Shown: positions 50,901 to 61,364, numbered from the stretch's first letter. The stretch is 64,000 nucleotides of DNA from an uncultured Chromatiaceae bacterium (GCA_947085765.1 CAMTXZ010000005.1:13583-77582), one strand, 5' to 3'. The notes: generated by a model not told the origin, from the letters alone. Made by a program: numbers and translations.

Positions 50901-51463
50901 ATCTCCATCAGTACAGATGGTTGCTTTAATAGGTAGTCGTCTATTAACGCGCGAATCGGCTTGGTTGTCATGGTGCGTACATTTTTTAGCAGAACATCAT
51001 AGGCCACTCCTTCATACGCCGCAGTCTCCTGCTGCTTGTCCGGGGATATGAAGGGTACTTTCTGTTCCTGATAATAACGCGCGTAGGCCATTAGCCGTTC
51101 CAGCACCAGATAATTTGGCTGGACAAAGGCAATGCCCAGGCTATCCAGGTCCGAACGAACAATCCGCCCTTGAGCCTGGAGCATCTCTGCTGGGGCAGAG
51201 GGCAGCGAAAAGATGATGGTGATGATTGCGCCATGGGCAGGCACCAGCACCAGTGTCTCCATGACGGAGACCGTGGGTGCATAAACCACATGCATGCCAC
51301 CATGGCAAAAATCACGTATTTCAATTTGACTACATGTCTGGCCCTGGCAGCATTGGCCCTTCAAGTTGACGACATAACGCTGATAGGCGCGCTTGTTAAG
51401 GCGCCCAGCGGGATTGTCATTTGGGGGGTTGGTATTCTGCATATCTGGCTCAGCAATCCACAT
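47990..51463 (-). CDS. Large c-di-GMP signalling protein: N-terminal PilZ domain - ~600-aa uncharacterised region - degenerate GGDEF (GGNEF) - EAL (EIL) phosphodiesterase
   Basis: PilZ motifs RAYQR...DFCHGG. GGDEF-domain I-site region FDIDYFEIINTTFGYDAGD and active-site motif RVGGNEF (Asn instead of Asp/Glu). EAL-domain motifs SEILLG, DDFGTG, KIDGSF, AECVE, VQGYAIARP. Confidence 0.85.
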   Translation of the reverse strand: MWIAEPDMQNTNPPNDNPAGRLNKRAYQRYVVNLKGQCCQGQTCSQIEIRDFCHGGMHVVYAPTVSVMETLVLVPAHGAIITIIFSLPSAPAEMLQAQGRIVRSDLDSLGIAFVQPNYLVLERLMAYARYYQEQKVPFISPDKQQETAAYEGVAYDVLLKNVRTMTTKPIRALIDDYLLKQPSVLMEMADKATNITAQNGYFSAIKTFKQQSKTFRTAFLNGMHQVVFSKPANIDQTLGTQEDKLASETLALVDDDALDDWIARSDISDKAESSYLEELAGIEQRLSLLLGMRIWKQNSPVGPEVFSRIFQDALKELDISRDTYLLCCKVFRDILINDLGELYQTMNQYLVKHGVLPALQYEIKVEKDTGKPRRRNKPKADIDSAKKFLDALDGSDDGKNLYDLITNLQSIKRGDVDDSHSDRPTISTQKLLGKLSELSRQATSTEVTETGNGELSSLSLQLLAQLAGDEGEYRLDPREAAIMETTGSIYDALYNDEIITSGVKQWLSKIELSLLHEAIRDESVLADKGHVARTFINQLAKLELYNDEGRDYISNSIKRTIEGLLKQVASQSGMDSQLMSSLLKKINALVELQSKAYNDNFSETLERCETQAELPALKLKLSPATLPVPNGFQLQKWRKRIRRIHIGDWILFDAGSQKSTRLKLAWVTDNHDQYVFINMLGLLEGAIGIDHLARLLESDNALFLENVDEPAVDRAQYSMLHKLHSQLMHETTHDQLTALLNRREFEKQMKGELLDNSAAAELNTLCIFDIDYFEIINTTFGYDAGDQLLIEIADFIKQFFSSFSVLGRVGGNEFAVLLTGCSMQQAIAIVEKQKDQLANYRFRFEEGSTLVTLSAGIVPINLQQQDVTRLLQTAEAACRLAKSKGLNCMHVVDENDKHIQETKQLMAWASKIDDCLANDSLVLRYQPITPIGNDVMEHHSEILLGVTNEGGSLVSPEPFILAAEKYRRMPEIDRWVVKNVFSYLNNNPHVVDTIGGVAVNLSGLSNNDESFIPFILEQIALLEISTDYITFEITETAGIESLSSAAEFINTIKKTGCRFSLDDFGTGMSTYSYLKNLPVDFIKIDGSFIRDLETNNSDKAVVRSITEIGHFMGKKIIAECVEKESTIYLLKDMGVDYVQGYAIARPKLLKNLSTESG

Positions 51464-51676
51464 GTAAGCGTTGTTTTTATTTTAACAAATGTTCGGCTTT
51501 TTGCTGGCACCACTCCGGAGTACCACGGCTGGTGATAGAATTGCTTAATATATATGGCTCACAGGAGCTATCGGTATTGATAAGCAAAGCTTGATATAGC
51601 CCTCGTCAGTCCCACGTATTGGTGCCTGGGTATGAGGGTTGGGAACAGCCGGGGGTTACATGCCCCATCACGATAA

Positions 51677-52273
<597 letters not shown>

Positions 52274-52394
52274 TCGCACTGTTTGATGCAGACAGAGGGG
52301 TAAAACTCTCCCCTTTCCGGTCGATACTATGTTTTGTTAAGGGATTGCAGGGATGCAAAGTTAGTGTGGATGAATATGGTTGAAGGACAGTGTT

Positions 52395-53483
52395 ATGCAG
52401 CTGGTTGATCTGAATATAAAGTCTGCAACGATTCTGGTGGTGGATGATGAACCCATCAATGTCAGTCTGCTCAAAGGTATTCTTGCCGCTGAAGGCCATG
52501 TTGATGTTGTTGCCACCTCTGATCCACGTGAGGTGGAGGGACTCTACCGACAGCACCAAATTGATCTGGTGCTGCTCGACATTAACATGCCGCACATGGA
52601 TGGTTTTGAGGTGATGGCGCGACTTAAGGCCGAGCATGGTGACAGCTTGGCCCCCGTTTTGATCCTCACGGCCCAGGCTGCCCAGGAGTTTAGGGTCAAA
52701 GCGTTGCAGGGCGGTGCCCGTGATTATGTGACAAAGCCGTTTGATCGTTTCGAACTGACAATGCGGGTGCGTAATCTGTTGGAGATGCGTCTGGCGCATA
52801 AGTGTCTCCAGCAGCAGAACCAGCAGCTCGAAGAGCGAGTGCTGGAGCGCACCCTCCAGCTCCAGGATAGCCGCCTCCAGGTGGTGCGCAGGCTGGGGCG
52901 CGCGGCCGAGTATCGTGATAACGAGACCGGCATGCATATTCTGCGCATGAGCAAAGTCTCAGCGTTGTTGGGCGGTGCGATGGGACTAGAGAAGACCCGG
53001 TGTGAATTGCTGCTCAATGCCAGCCCGATGCATGACATCGGTAAAATTGGTATCCCTGACCATATCCTGCTAAAGCCGGGCAAGCTTGATGCTGATGAGT
53101 GGAAGATTATGCAGAGTCACGCTCGCATCGGTGCCGATATCCTCTCCGGTGATGATTCAGAGATGATGTCAATGGCGAGTGAGATCGCCCTGACACACCA
53201 TGAAAAATGGAATGGCAGCGGTTATCCAAATGGCTTTAGTGGAGAGCAGATCCCTCTGGTGGGGCGGATAGTTGCCGTGGCGGATGTCTTTGATGCCCTG
53301 ACATCGGTGCGCCCGTATAAACACGCCTGGCCGGTGGAAGAGGCTGTTGCGTATATGCAAAAAGAGGCGGGGTATCACTTTCAGCCGCACCTGATTGAGC
53401 TGTTCATGGAAAATCTTCCTGAAATTATCAATATCAACACAGAGTATGCTGAGCCTGATGATAGTGATAATGGGACGGTATAA
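52395..53483 (+). CDS. Two-component response regulator with HD-GYP c-di-GMP phosphodiesterase domain (RpfG-like)
   Basis: Receiver (ILVVDDEPINVSLL...LLDINMPHMDGF...K) followed by HD-GYP (HDIGKIGIPD...HHEKWNGSGYPNG). RBS AAGGA 8 nt before ATG 52395; alternative TTG 52380. Confidence 0.85.
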   Translation: MQLVDLNIKSATILVVDDEPINVSLLKGILAAEGHVDVVATSDPREVEGLYRQHQIDLVLLDINMPHMDGFEVMARLKAEHGDSLAPVLILTAQAAQEFRVKALQGGARDYVTKPFDRFELTMRVRNLLEMRLAHKCLQQQNQQLEERVLERTLQLQDSRLQVVRRLGRAAEYRDNETGMHILRMSKVSALLGGAMGLEKTRCELLLNASPMHDIGKIGIPDHILLKPGKLDADEWKIMQSHARIGADILSGDDSEMMSMASEIALTHHEKWNGSGYPNGFSGEQIPLVGRIVAVADVFDALTSVRPYKHAWPVEEAVAYMQKEAGYHFQPHLIELFMENLPEIININTEYAEPDDSDNGTV

Positions 53484-53512
53484 AAAAACTGATGGTCTTT
53501 GGGGATCTAAAA

Positions 53513-53914
53513 ATGAGCGAACCTGAACTGAAGCGAATTTTGTATGTAGAAGATGAGCCTGACATTCAGGCGATCGCAAAGATCGCGCTGGAGGCGGTGG
53601 GTGGTTTTGAGTTGGCGGTATTCAGCGCCGGTGCGGAGGCCGTGAAAAATGCGGTGGCCTTTGCCCCGCAACTGCTGCTGCTCGATGTGATGATGCCGGG
53701 CATGGATGGTCCTACCACCTTGACAGAGTTGCGCAAACTCCCCGAGTTGGCGCAGACCCCCGTGATCTTTATGACCGCCAAGGTGCAACCGCAGGAGGTG
53801 GCGCACTTTAAATCGCTGGGGGCGATTGAGGTGATTGCTAAGCCCTTTGATCCGATGACACTGGCGCAGTCAGTATTGAGTGTTTGGAATGCCCACGCAG
53901 GTCGGGTTGTGTAA
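53513..53914 (+). CDS. Single-domain response regulator (CheY-like receiver)
   Basis: ILYVEDEPDIQ...LLLDVMMPGMDG...FMTAK shows the phosphoacceptor Asp and Lys. RBS GGGGA before ATG 53513; alternative ATG 53492. Confidence 0.8.
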   Translation: MSEPELKRILYVEDEPDIQAIAKIALEAVGGFELAVFSAGAEAVKNAVAFAPQLLLLDVMMPGMDGPTTLTELRKLPELAQTPVIFMTAKVQPQEVAHFKSLGAIEVIAKPFDPMTLAQSVLSVWNAHAGRVV

Positions 53915-55023
53915 TGAAAATTGGCGTCCCCAAAGAGATCAAGGATCATGAGTTTCGTGTTGGGGTAACACCTGCTGGTGCCCAGGCGCTGACGGCGGCG
54001 GGGCATGAACTGCTGGTGCAGAGTCGTGCGGGGGCGGCAATCGGTTTTTCTGATGACCACTACATTGCCGTGGGGGCAAAGATTGTCGCGACGGCGGCCG
54101 AGATCTACGCCTGTCCGATGGTGATCAAGGTCAAGGAGCCGCAGGCCAGCGAACTGCCGCTGCTACACGAGGGGCAGCTGCTCTTTACCTATCTTCATCT
54201 TGCCCCTGATGCCGAACAGACCAGACTGCTGTTGCAGCAGAAGGTGATCGGCATCGCCTACGAGACGGTGACTGATGCCAATGGCCAGCTGCCACTGTTG
54301 ATTCCGATGAGTGAAGTGGCGGGGCGTATCGCCATTCAGGCCGGCGCCGCCGGTTTGCAGATGATCAATGGCGGTCGTGGTGTATTGCTGGGCGGTGTGC
54401 CGGGTGTGGCGCGTGGCAAAGTGGTGATCATCGGTGGTGGTGTGGTTGGCACCGAGGCGGCCAAGATGGCGCTGGGTCTCGGCGCCGATGTCACGGTACT
54501 GGATCGCAGCCTGCAACGGTTACGGCAGCTCGACGACCTGTTTGGCCCGGCGCTCAAGACCCGTTTTTCAGAACCTCACGCGCTGGAAGAACTGTTGCCG
54601 CAGGCCGATCTGTTGATCGGTGCGGTGCTGATAGCGGGCCATGCCGCGCCTAAACTGGTGTCGCGGGCATTGGTGAAAAAGATGCAGCAGGGGGCGGTGA
54701 TTGTTGATGTAGCCATCGACCAAGGGGGGTGCATCGAGACTTCGCGCCCCACCAGCCACTCGGCCCCCATGTATATCGATGAAGGAGTGGTGCACTACTG
54801 TGTCACCAACATGCCGGGCGCCTGCGCCCGCACCGCAACCATGGCCTTGACCAACGCCACACTGCCGTACGCCATGCAGCTGGCAGCGGAGGGTGAGGCG
54901 GCGCTACGCAACAATGCCGGTCTGCGTGATGGTCTGAATGTCTATAAAGGTCAGGTGACCCATCGGGCGGTGGCCGAGAGTCTCGGGTATGCCTATGTGG
55001 CAGCCTCAGGGTTGTTGAAATAA
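53914..55023 (+). CDS. ald: Alanine dehydrogenase
   Basis: [26 protein letters not shown]...; NAD-binding [28 protein letters not shown]. 370 aa. Confidence 0.9.
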   Translation: MKIGVPKEIKDHEFRVGVTPAGAQALTAAGHELLVQSRAGAAIGFSDDHYIAVGAKIVATAAEIYACPMVIKVKEPQASELPLLHEGQLLFTYLHLAPDAEQTRLLLQQKVIGIAYETVTDANGQLPLLIPMSEVAGRIAIQAGAAGLQMINGGRGVLLGGVPGVARGKVVIIGGGVVGTEAAKMALGLGADVTVLDRSLQRLRQLDDLFGPALKTRFSEPHALEELLPQADLLIGAVLIAGHAAPKLVSRALVKKMQQGAVIVDVAIDQGGCIETSRPTSHSAPMYIDEGVVHYCVTNMPGACARTATMALTNATLPYAMQLAAEGEAALRNNAGLRDGLNVYKGQVTHRAVAESLGYAYVAASGLLK

Positions 55024-55035
55024 CAGGAAGTTGCA

Positions 55036-55734
55036 GTGAATATCAATAAAATTAACTACCGGCTGGGATTTGCCGATGGCTCGGAAAAGCAGCTTGAGCT
55101 GCAGCTGCGCTCCGATTCTCTGGCGCCAGTGGGCTGGGTTCCGAACAAGCCGCCGCAGTGGGCGGCGCTCTCTTACAATCAGTGCAAAAATTGTCCGCTC
55201 AACCCCGAAAAGGTCACTTACTGTCCGGCGGCGCTGAGTCTGGCAAAGCTGGTAGAGCAGTGCCACGAACTTGATCCATTGGACTCGACCGTACTTAAGG
55301 TCACGGCAGCGAGACGGGTGACAGCCCAGACCACCACGGTGCAGAAGGCGATTGGCTCTTTTATTGGCCTGCTGATGGCGACCAGTGATTGTCCTCATGC
55401 CGCATTCTTTCGGCCACTGGCACGCTTCCATCAGCCGTTGGCAAGCGAGTCTGAAACCATGTATCGTGCCGTCTCTGCGTACTTGCTGGCCCAATACTTT
55501 CGTCATGAGAATGGCCAGGAGGCACAGCTGGATACCCAGGGCATGGTCGATATCTATCAAAACCTGGAGATCGTCAACACCGCTTTGGCGGGACGTTTGA
55601 AGGCCTCCGGCGAGGCGGGTGTAGTGGTTCAATGCATGACGGAGTGGGGTGTATTCTCCGGCATGTTCCCGATGCGTCTGGATGAGCTGATGCAGGAGTT
55701 GCGACCACTCTTCTCCGCCTATCTGCCGGACTGA
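55036..55734 (+). CDS. Hypothetical protein (232 aa) with CxxC...C cysteine cluster
   Basis: Same-strand ORF with normal composition (CKNCPL...YCPAA). Preferred over the overlapping antisense ORF 55006..55857, which is Arg/Gln/Leu-rich. Confidence 0.45.
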   Translation: MNINKINYRLGFADGSEKQLELQLRSDSLAPVGWVPNKPPQWAALSYNQCKNCPLNPEKVTYCPAALSLAKLVEQCHELDPLDSTVLKVTAARRVTAQTTTVQKAIGSFIGLLMATSDCPHAAFFRPLARFHQPLASESETMYRAVSAYLLAQYFRHENGQEAQLDTQGMVDIYQNLEIVNTALAGRLKASGEAGVVVQCMTEWGVFSGMFPMRLDELMQELRPLFSAYLPD

Positions 55735-55752
55735 ATTTCCAAGAGGTGAGTC

Positions 55753-56682
55753 TTGAGTAATAAAAGTGAAGAGGGCTGCATGCAGTTGCGGACCGTGGTT
55801 GATTTTGCCCGCTGGGGCGCCAGCTGTTTCAACGAGGCCGGGCTCTTTTTTGGCCATGGCACCGACAATGCGGTGGATGAGTCGCTCTATCTAGTGCTGC
55901 ATGCCCTGCACCTCAAACCTGGTGTGCCGGTCGAGTTGCTGCGTGGCCGTCTGACGGACAGTGAAAAACATGCCGTGGTGGCGCTGCTGCGCCGTCGCAT
56001 CGACGAGCGCCTGCCTGCCCCCTATCTTACCCATGAGGCGTGGTTTGCCGGCCTGCCGTTTTATGTTGATGAGCGGGTGCTGGTGCCGCGCTCACCGATT
56101 GCTGAGCTGATCGAGGGACAGTTTGCCCCCTGGGTTGAGGCTGATCAGATTGCTGCGGTGCTTGATCTCTGCACCGGCAGCGGCTGCATTGCGATTGGTT
56201 GTGCGCTGGCCTTCCCGTGGGCGACGGTGGATGCGGTCGACATCTCCAGCGATGCCCTGGCGGTGGCGCAAATCAATGTTGAGCGCCATGACGCGGCGGA
56301 GCGCATCGAGCTGATTGAATCGAATCTCTTTGCTGGCCTGACGGGACGGCGCTACGACCTGATAGTCTCCAACCCCCCTTATGTTGACGCCGAGGATCTG
56401 GCCGCCATGCCCGAGGAGTTCCGCCGCGAGCCTGCGTTGGGGCTGGCTTCCGGCGATGATGGTCTTGAGATTACGCTGCGCCTGTTGGCCCAGGCGGCTG
56501 ATTTCCTGACGGAAAATGGCGTGCTGGTGGTGGAGGTGGGTAACAGTGAGGCGGCCCTGATCGAGCGTTTTCCCGAGGTGCCATTTGTCTGGCTGGAGTT
56601 TGAGCGTGGCGGTCAGGGGGTCTTTATGTTGAACGCCGAGACCCTGCGCGACTACCAAAAGCGCTTCCAGGCGGAGCGATAA
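55753..56682 (+). CDS. prmB: 50S ribosomal protein L3 glutamine N5-methyltransferase (HemK-family)
   Basis: N-terminus collinear with E. coli PrmB ([17 protein letters not shown]...[17 protein letters not shown]). NPPY motif ([10 protein letters not shown]). TTG 55753 or ATG 55780. Confidence 0.85.
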   Translation: MSNKSEEGCMQLRTVVDFARWGASCFNEAGLFFGHGTDNAVDESLYLVLHALHLKPGVPVELLRGRLTDSEKHAVVALLRRRIDERLPAPYLTHEAWFAGLPFYVDERVLVPRSPIAELIEGQFAPWVEADQIAAVLDLCTGSGCIAIGCALAFPWATVDAVDISSDALAVAQINVERHDAAERIELIESNLFAGLTGRRYDLIVSNPPYVDAEDLAAMPEEFRREPALGLASGDDGLEITLRLLAQAADFLTENGVLVVEVGNSEAALIERFPEVPFVWLEFERGGQGVFMLNAETLRDYQKRFQAER

Positions 56683-56744
56683 CGTTTTAATCACCCCCTC
56701 TTAGCCCTATAATGTCCCGACATTTGCATTGACTGGAGTTTGCC

Positions 56745-58127
56745 GTGGACCAATCCCTTGTTTTTGATCTGGAGCTGATTAAGCGTTACGACAAGTCAGG
56801 CCCGCGCTACACCTCCTACCCCACGGCAGTGCAGTTTCACGAGGGTTTTGGCGTAGCCGAGTACGACCGCATTGCGCGCAGCAGCAACGCGGAGCGGCCG
56901 CCGCTCTCGCTCTACTTCCATATTCCCTTCTGCGATACGGTCTGTTTCTACTGCGCCTGCAACAAGATCGCCACCAAGGATCGCAGCAAGGCGCAGCCCT
57001 ATCTTGACCGGGTCTATAAAGAGCTGGCGATGCAGTCCGAGCTGTTCGACAGCTCGCGCATGGTGGATCAGCTGCACTGGGGCGGTGGCACACCCACCTT
57101 TATCAGCCCGGAGCAGATGCGCGAGCTGATGGCGCAGACCCGCAAATATTTCAAGCTGCGTGATGACGACAGCGGCGAATACTCCATCGAGATCGACCCA
57201 CGTGAGGTGACCTCCGACAGCATCAAACTGCTGCGTGAGCTCGGTTTTAATCGAATGAGTCTGGGGGTGCAGGATTTTGACCCGCAGGTGCAGAAGGCGG
57301 TTAACCGGATTCAGAGTGAGGCCGAGACCATGGCGGTGCTGGATCAGGCACGCCAGGCGGGGTTCAAGTCTACCAGTATCGATCTGATCTACGGTCTGCC
57401 GTTCCAGACCCCGGAGAGCTTCAGCAGAACCCTCGACCGCATTCTGGCGGTGGATCCGGACCGCCTCTCGGTCTTCAACTATGCCCATCTGCCGGAGATG
57501 TTTCCGCCGCAACGTCGCATCAAGGAGGATCAGTTGCCGTCGCCGCAGCAGAAGCTCGATATCCTGCAGATGACCAACGAACGTCTACAGCAGGCCGGTT
57601 ATGTCTATATCGGTATGGACCACTTTGCCAAACCGGGTGACGAGCTGGCGCAGGCGCAGCGTGAAGGACACCTCTACCGTAACTTCCAGGGCTACTCCAC
57701 CCACGCCGATTGCGATCTGGTGGGGTTGGGCATGACCTCTATCGGTAAGGTGGGCAACAGCTACTCACAGAATATGCGCACCATGGCTGAGTATTGCGCG
57801 GCCATTGATGCCGGGCACCTGCCGCTCTACCGTGGCGTTGAACTTGATAAGGATGATCTGCTACGGCGTGAGATTATTACCGAGCTGATGTGCAACTTTG
57901 CACTTGATACACAGACGATTGCTGCCAAGTATGAGATCAATTTTGCTGAGTACTTTGCCGTTGAACAGAGTGAGATTGCGCAGTTGCAGCAGGATGGCCT
58001 GATTACCATTGCCGGGAGTCGCATCGCGGTGCAACCGGCCGGCCGCTTCTTGATCCGCAATGTCTGCATGGTCTTCGACAAGTACCTGCGGCAGAGCAAG
58101 GAACAGCGTTTCTCCAAGGTTATCTAA
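56745..58127 (+). CDS. hemN: Oxygen-independent coproporphyrinogen III oxidase (radical SAM)
   Basis: RYDKSGPRYTSYPTAVQF... and radical-SAM CxxxCxxC (HIPFCDTVCFYCACN). 460 aa. GTG start. Confidence 0.9.
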   Translation: MDQSLVFDLELIKRYDKSGPRYTSYPTAVQFHEGFGVAEYDRIARSSNAERPPLSLYFHIPFCDTVCFYCACNKIATKDRSKAQPYLDRVYKELAMQSELFDSSRMVDQLHWGGGTPTFISPEQMRELMAQTRKYFKLRDDDSGEYSIEIDPREVTSDSIKLLRELGFNRMSLGVQDFDPQVQKAVNRIQSEAETMAVLDQARQAGFKSTSIDLIYGLPFQTPESFSRTLDRILAVDPDRLSVFNYAHLPEMFPPQRRIKEDQLPSPQQKLDILQMTNERLQQAGYVYIGMDHFAKPGDELAQAQREGHLYRNFQGYSTHADCDLVGLGMTSIGKVGNSYSQNMRTMAEYCAAIDAGHLPLYRGVELDKDDLLRREIITELMCNFALDTQTIAAKYEINFAEYFAVEQSEIAQLQQDGLITIAGSRIAVQPAGRFLIRNVCMVFDKYLRQSKEQRFSKVI

Positions 58128-58208
58128 GATAAATTTTGTCCCCACAACCGCCTGCCGCAAGCAGTTGTGGCGGGCGGTTCTGCAATAGATTGTTAGGATA
58201 TATTCACC

Positions 58209-59306
58209 ATGTCAGGCAACAGCTACGGAAAACTTTTTACCGTCACCACCTTTGGCGAGAGTCACGGCCCGGCCCTGGGGGCGATTGTGGATGGCTGTCC
58301 GCCAGGATTGGCGTTGAGTGAGGCCGATCTGCAACATGATCTTGATCGCCGCAAACCGGGCACCTCGCGCCATACCACCCAACGGCGCGAAGGTGATGTG
58401 GTGAAGATTCTGTCAGGTGTGTTCGAGGGCAAGACCACCGGCACGCCGATTGGTCTGTTGATTGAGAATACCGATCAGCGCTCCAAGGACTACTCCAAAA
58501 TAATGGACAGCTTTCGCCCTGGCCATGCCGACTACACCTATCAGCAGAAGTACGGGATGCGCGACTATCGCGGTGGTGGCCGCTCCTCGGCACGTGAGAC
58601 GGCGATGCGGGTGGCCGCTGGCGCCATTGCCAAGAAGTTTTTGCAGCAGCGTTACGGCATCGAGATTCGTGGTTATCTGGCGCAGCTCGGACCGATCAAG
58701 GCCGAGCAGTTTGATTGGGCGCAAGTCGAGAGCAACCCCTTTTTCTGCCCTGATGTGAACAAGGTGGCGGAGATGGAGAGCTACATGGATGCACTGCGCA
58801 AAGAGGGCAACTCCATCGGTGCACGCATCAATGTGGTGGCGATGGGCATGATGCCAGGGCTGGGTGAGCCGATCTTCGATCGTCTTGATGCCGAGATAGC
58901 CCATGCCATGATGAGCATCAATGCGGTGAAGGGGGTGGAGATCGGTGCCGGGTTTGACTGCATCGAACAGAAGGGGACCGAACATCGCGACGAGATGACG
59001 CCTGAAGGTTTTCTGAGTAATAACGCTGGCGGCATTCTGGGTGGCATCTCCAGCGGTCAGGATATCGTGGTGAGCATCGCGCTCAAACCAACCTCCAGCA
59101 TGCGTCTGCCGGGGCGCAGTGTGAATCTGGCGGGTGAGGCGGTCGAGGTGATTACCGAAGGTCGCCATGACCCCTGTGTCGGTATCCGTGCAACACCGAT
59201 CGCTGAGGCGATGTTGGCGCTGGTGTTGATGGATCATCTGTTGCGCCATCGTGCTCAAAATATGGACGTGGTTTCAGAGACACCTGTTATTCCCTCGCAT
59301 CCCTGA
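58209..59306 (+). CDS. aroC: Chorismate synthase
   Basis: Collinear with E. coli AroC ([27 protein letters not shown]...[21 protein letters not shown]...[11 protein letters not shown]). Confidence 0.92.
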   Translation: MSGNSYGKLFTVTTFGESHGPALGAIVDGCPPGLALSEADLQHDLDRRKPGTSRHTTQRREGDVVKILSGVFEGKTTGTPIGLLIENTDQRSKDYSKIMDSFRPGHADYTYQQKYGMRDYRGGGRSSARETAMRVAAGAIAKKFLQQRYGIEIRGYLAQLGPIKAEQFDWAQVESNPFFCPDVNKVAEMESYMDALRKEGNSIGARINVVAMGMMPGLGEPIFDRLDAEIAHAMMSINAVKGVEIGAGFDCIEQKGTEHRDEMTPEGFLSNNAGGILGGISSGQDIVVSIALKPTSSMRLPGRSVNLAGEAVEVITEGRHDPCVGIRATPIAEAMLALVLMDHLLRHRAQNMDVVSETPVIPSHP

Positions 59307-59368
59307 TGCTGCTGCGATGAGCAGCATAGGTACTGTTCGAAAATCGTCATTATGGTTATGAGGCGCTG

Positions 59369-60502
59369 ATGTCCTATTGGCGCTTCTCCAATTTTTATCT
59401 CTTCTTTTTTGCCTCCGTCGGAGCGCTGGTGCCCTACTGGGCGCTCTACCTCAAGTCGCTTGGATTTGGCGCCGCAGAAATCGGTGAGTTAATGGCGGTG
59501 ATCATGGCCACCAAAATTGTTGCACCTAACATCTGGGGTTGGGTCGCGGATCGTTCCGGCCAGAAGGTGCTGATAGTCAGGCTAGGGGTGCTGATGGCGC
59601 TGATTACGTTTAGCGCTGTCTTTTTTGGCCAAGGCTACTGGTGGATGGTGGTGGTGATGGCGCTCTTTAGTTTTTTCTGGAATGCCGCCTTACCGCAATT
59701 TGAAGCGACAACCATGAGCCTGCTGGGCAGTGATAGCCATCGTTACGGTTCGATCCGTCTCTGGGGCTCGGTGGGTTTTATCCTCTCAGTTGTCGGCGTT
59801 GGTGCACTGCTGGATGAGCATGGCGTTGAGGTGATTCCGGTCGCCATTTTGATCATGTTGTTGGGCGCCTGGCTCGCCACGTTATTAGTGCCACGTGAAG
59901 GCTCAGTTGTGCCTGTGAAAAGTCGCCAGCCAATCAGCGCAGTATTGTTGCGCCCCGAAGTGCTGGTGGTGCTGACGGTCTGTTTTCTGTTGCAACTCAG
60001 CCATGGTCCTTACTACACCTTCTACACTATCTATCTTGAGGAGCACGGCTATGGTCGTGGCTTGATAGGCCAATTGTGGGCGTTGGGGGTGGTGGCTGAG
60101 ATAGGTGTGTTTCTGTTTATGTACCGGCTGCTGCCACGTTACGGCGCCCGTCTGTTGTTGTTGATCAGCCTAGCGCTCACAACACTGCGCTGGCTGCTGG
60201 TGGCGTGGGGTGTCGAGTGGTTAATGGTGCTGTTGTTTGCGCAGCTATTACATGCGGCGAGTTTTGGTATCTATCATGCTGTGGTGATCCATCTGATCCA
60301 TAAGTTCTTTACCGGCCAACATCAGGGGCGTGGTCAGGCGCTCTATAGCAGCATTAGCTTCGGTGCCGGTGGTGCAGTGGGCAGTTTGGCCAGTGGTTAT
60401 CTCTGGGAAAGTGCCGGGGCTGGCATTACCTATTCCGCAGCGGCGATCACAAGTCTGCTTGCCTGGCTATTGGTTTGGCGCTTTATTAAACCGTCGATCT
60501 GA
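59369..60502 (+). CDS. MFS transporter (12-TM)
   Basis: 377 aa, two 6-helix halves, MFS-like motifs (GWVADRSGQK). Confidence 0.75.
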   Translation: MSYWRFSNFYLFFFASVGALVPYWALYLKSLGFGAAEIGELMAVIMATKIVAPNIWGWVADRSGQKVLIVRLGVLMALITFSAVFFGQGYWWMVVVMALFSFFWNAALPQFEATTMSLLGSDSHRYGSIRLWGSVGFILSVVGVGALLDEHGVEVIPVAILIMLLGAWLATLLVPREGSVVPVKSRQPISAVLLRPEVLVVLTVCFLLQLSHGPYYTFYTIYLEEHGYGRGLIGQLWALGVVAEIGVFLFMYRLLPRYGARLLLLISLALTTLRWLLVAWGVEWLMVLLFAQLLHAASFGIYHAVVIHLIHKFFTGQHQGRGQALYSSISFGAGGAVGSLASGYLWESAGAGITYSAAAITSLLAWLLVWRFIKPSI

Positions 60503-60511
60503 AACAGGGCA

Positions 60512-60540
60512 TTGACGGGTGTTATTTCAACGAGTAATAT
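60512..60540 (+). promoter_or_regulatory. Sigma70-type promoter for tRNA cluster (TTGACG-17 nt-TAATAT)
   Basis: -35 TTGACG at 60512-60517, 17-nt spacer, -10 TAATAT at 60535-60540, ~50 nt upstream of tRNA-Pro. Confidence 0.45.
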
Positions 60541-60591
60541 GCCGACCTCCAAGCCGTTAGGAGTCAGTCGCTTTCGGTAAGTAGTAAACAT

Positions 60592-60668
60592 CGGGGTATA
60601 GCGCAGCCTGGTAGCGCGCCTGCTTTGGGAGCAGGATGTCGGGAGTTCGAATCCCCCTACCCCGACCA
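60592..60668 (+). tRNA. tRNA-Pro (anticodon UGG)
   Basis: Cloverleaf: acceptor cggggta/taccccg, anticodon stem cctgc/gcagg, loop tTTGGGa, CCA end. Near-identical in form to E. coli proM. Confidence 0.9.
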
Positions 60669-60730
60669 TTTTTTTAGCTTGATGCTGTGAATGGTCTGGT
60701 CAGTGTCGCAGTGGTAGAGTCGTGATCCAT

Positions 60731-60807
60731 GTGCCCGTAGCTCATCTGGATAGAGCATCGGCCTTCTAAGCCGAGGGTAGCAGGTTCGAGTCCTGCCGGG
60801 CGCACCA
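60731..60807 (+). tRNA. tRNA-Arg (anticodon UCU)
   Basis: Acceptor gtgcccg/cgggcgc, anticodon loop cTTCTAa, CCA end; resembles E. coli argU. Confidence 0.9.
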
Positions 60808-60846
60808 TAACGATCAGTGTCAGAACAGTTTAAGTGTTGTGCTATG

Positions 60847-60922
60847 GTGAGCGTAGCTCAGTTGGTAGAGCCCCGGATTGTGATTCCGGTGGTCGTGGGT
60901 TCGAGCCCCATCGTTCACCCCA
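60847..60922 (+). tRNA. tRNA-His (anticodon GUG) including G-1
   Basis: GGTGAGCGTAGCTCAGTTGGTAGAGCCCCGGATTGTGATTCCGG...CCCCA is collinear with E. coli hisR. Extra 5' G opposite discriminator C. Confidence 0.9.
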
Positions 60923-60937
60923 TATTCCCTAGTTTTA

Positions 60938-61013
60938 GGGCCGTTAGCTCAGTTGGTAGAGCAGGTGACTCTTAATCACTTGGTCGAAGGTTCAAATCCT
61001 TCACGGCCCACCA
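60938..61013 (+). tRNA. tRNA-Lys (anticodon CUU)
   Basis: GGGCCGTTAGCTCAGTTGGTAGAGCAGGTGACTCTTAATCACTTGG...CACGGCCCACCA; anticodon loop cTCTTaa. Confidence 0.9.
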
Positions 61014-61098
61014 CTTTTCCTCTCTTTATCCCTGCAATTGATCCTGGCCCTCATCTCCTTAAGTTGTAGATATTTGTGTTAAAAGTTTTTCTATGGGG

Positions 61099-61127
61099 TT
61101 ACTGGAGCGGACGAGTCGCTGTATAAT
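61099..61127 (+). promoter_or_regulatory. Possible internal promoter before tRNA-Leu (TTACTG-17-TATAAT)
   Basis: Perfect -10 TATAAT at 61122-61127, weak -35, 17-nt spacer, 32 nt upstream of tRNA-Leu. Confidence 0.35.
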
Positions 61128-61159
61128 GGCCCTATTTCCTGCTTAAAGTTTTTAGTTTT

Positions 61160-61244
61160 GCGAAAGTGGCGGAATTGGTAGACGCACTGGATTTAGGTTC
61201 CAGCGGGGCAACCTGTGAGAGTTCGAGTCTCTCCTTTCGCACCA
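61160..61244 (+). tRNA. tRNA-Leu (anticodon UAG), long variable arm
   Basis: Acceptor gcgaaag/ctttcgc, anticodon stem ctgga/tccag, loop tTTAGGt, 85 nt, CCA end. Confidence 0.9.
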
Positions 61245-61364
61245 TATATTTCTGTTCATAATAGCTGGGGCGCCAGCATTGAAAAATCCCCGAATGGCCA
61301 TCACCTCCCTAGTGGGTGTGTTGAGTCATCGGTTTGCCGCCTTGGTGTCATTGAGGAAGTTAAC

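Noticed and set aside
55006-55857. 283-aa minus-strand ORF overlapping the 232-aa hypothetical and the prmB start
   Set aside because: Arg/Gln/Leu-rich antisense-type composition. It would overlap the well-supported prmB start. The plus-strand reading keeps operon polarity with ald and prmB.
60669-60730. tRNA-like D-arm fragment between tRNA-Pro and tRNA-Arg
   Set aside because: No complementary acceptor stem, anticodon arm or T-arm could be built by hand. Treated as spacer, though mentioned in the findings as a possible decayed copy.
61215-61364. Upstream extension of the tig ORF (listed ORF starts at 61215)
   Set aside because: The extension overlaps the 3' end of tRNA-Leu and has no homology. 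Trigger factor homology begins exactly at MQVSV (61365).
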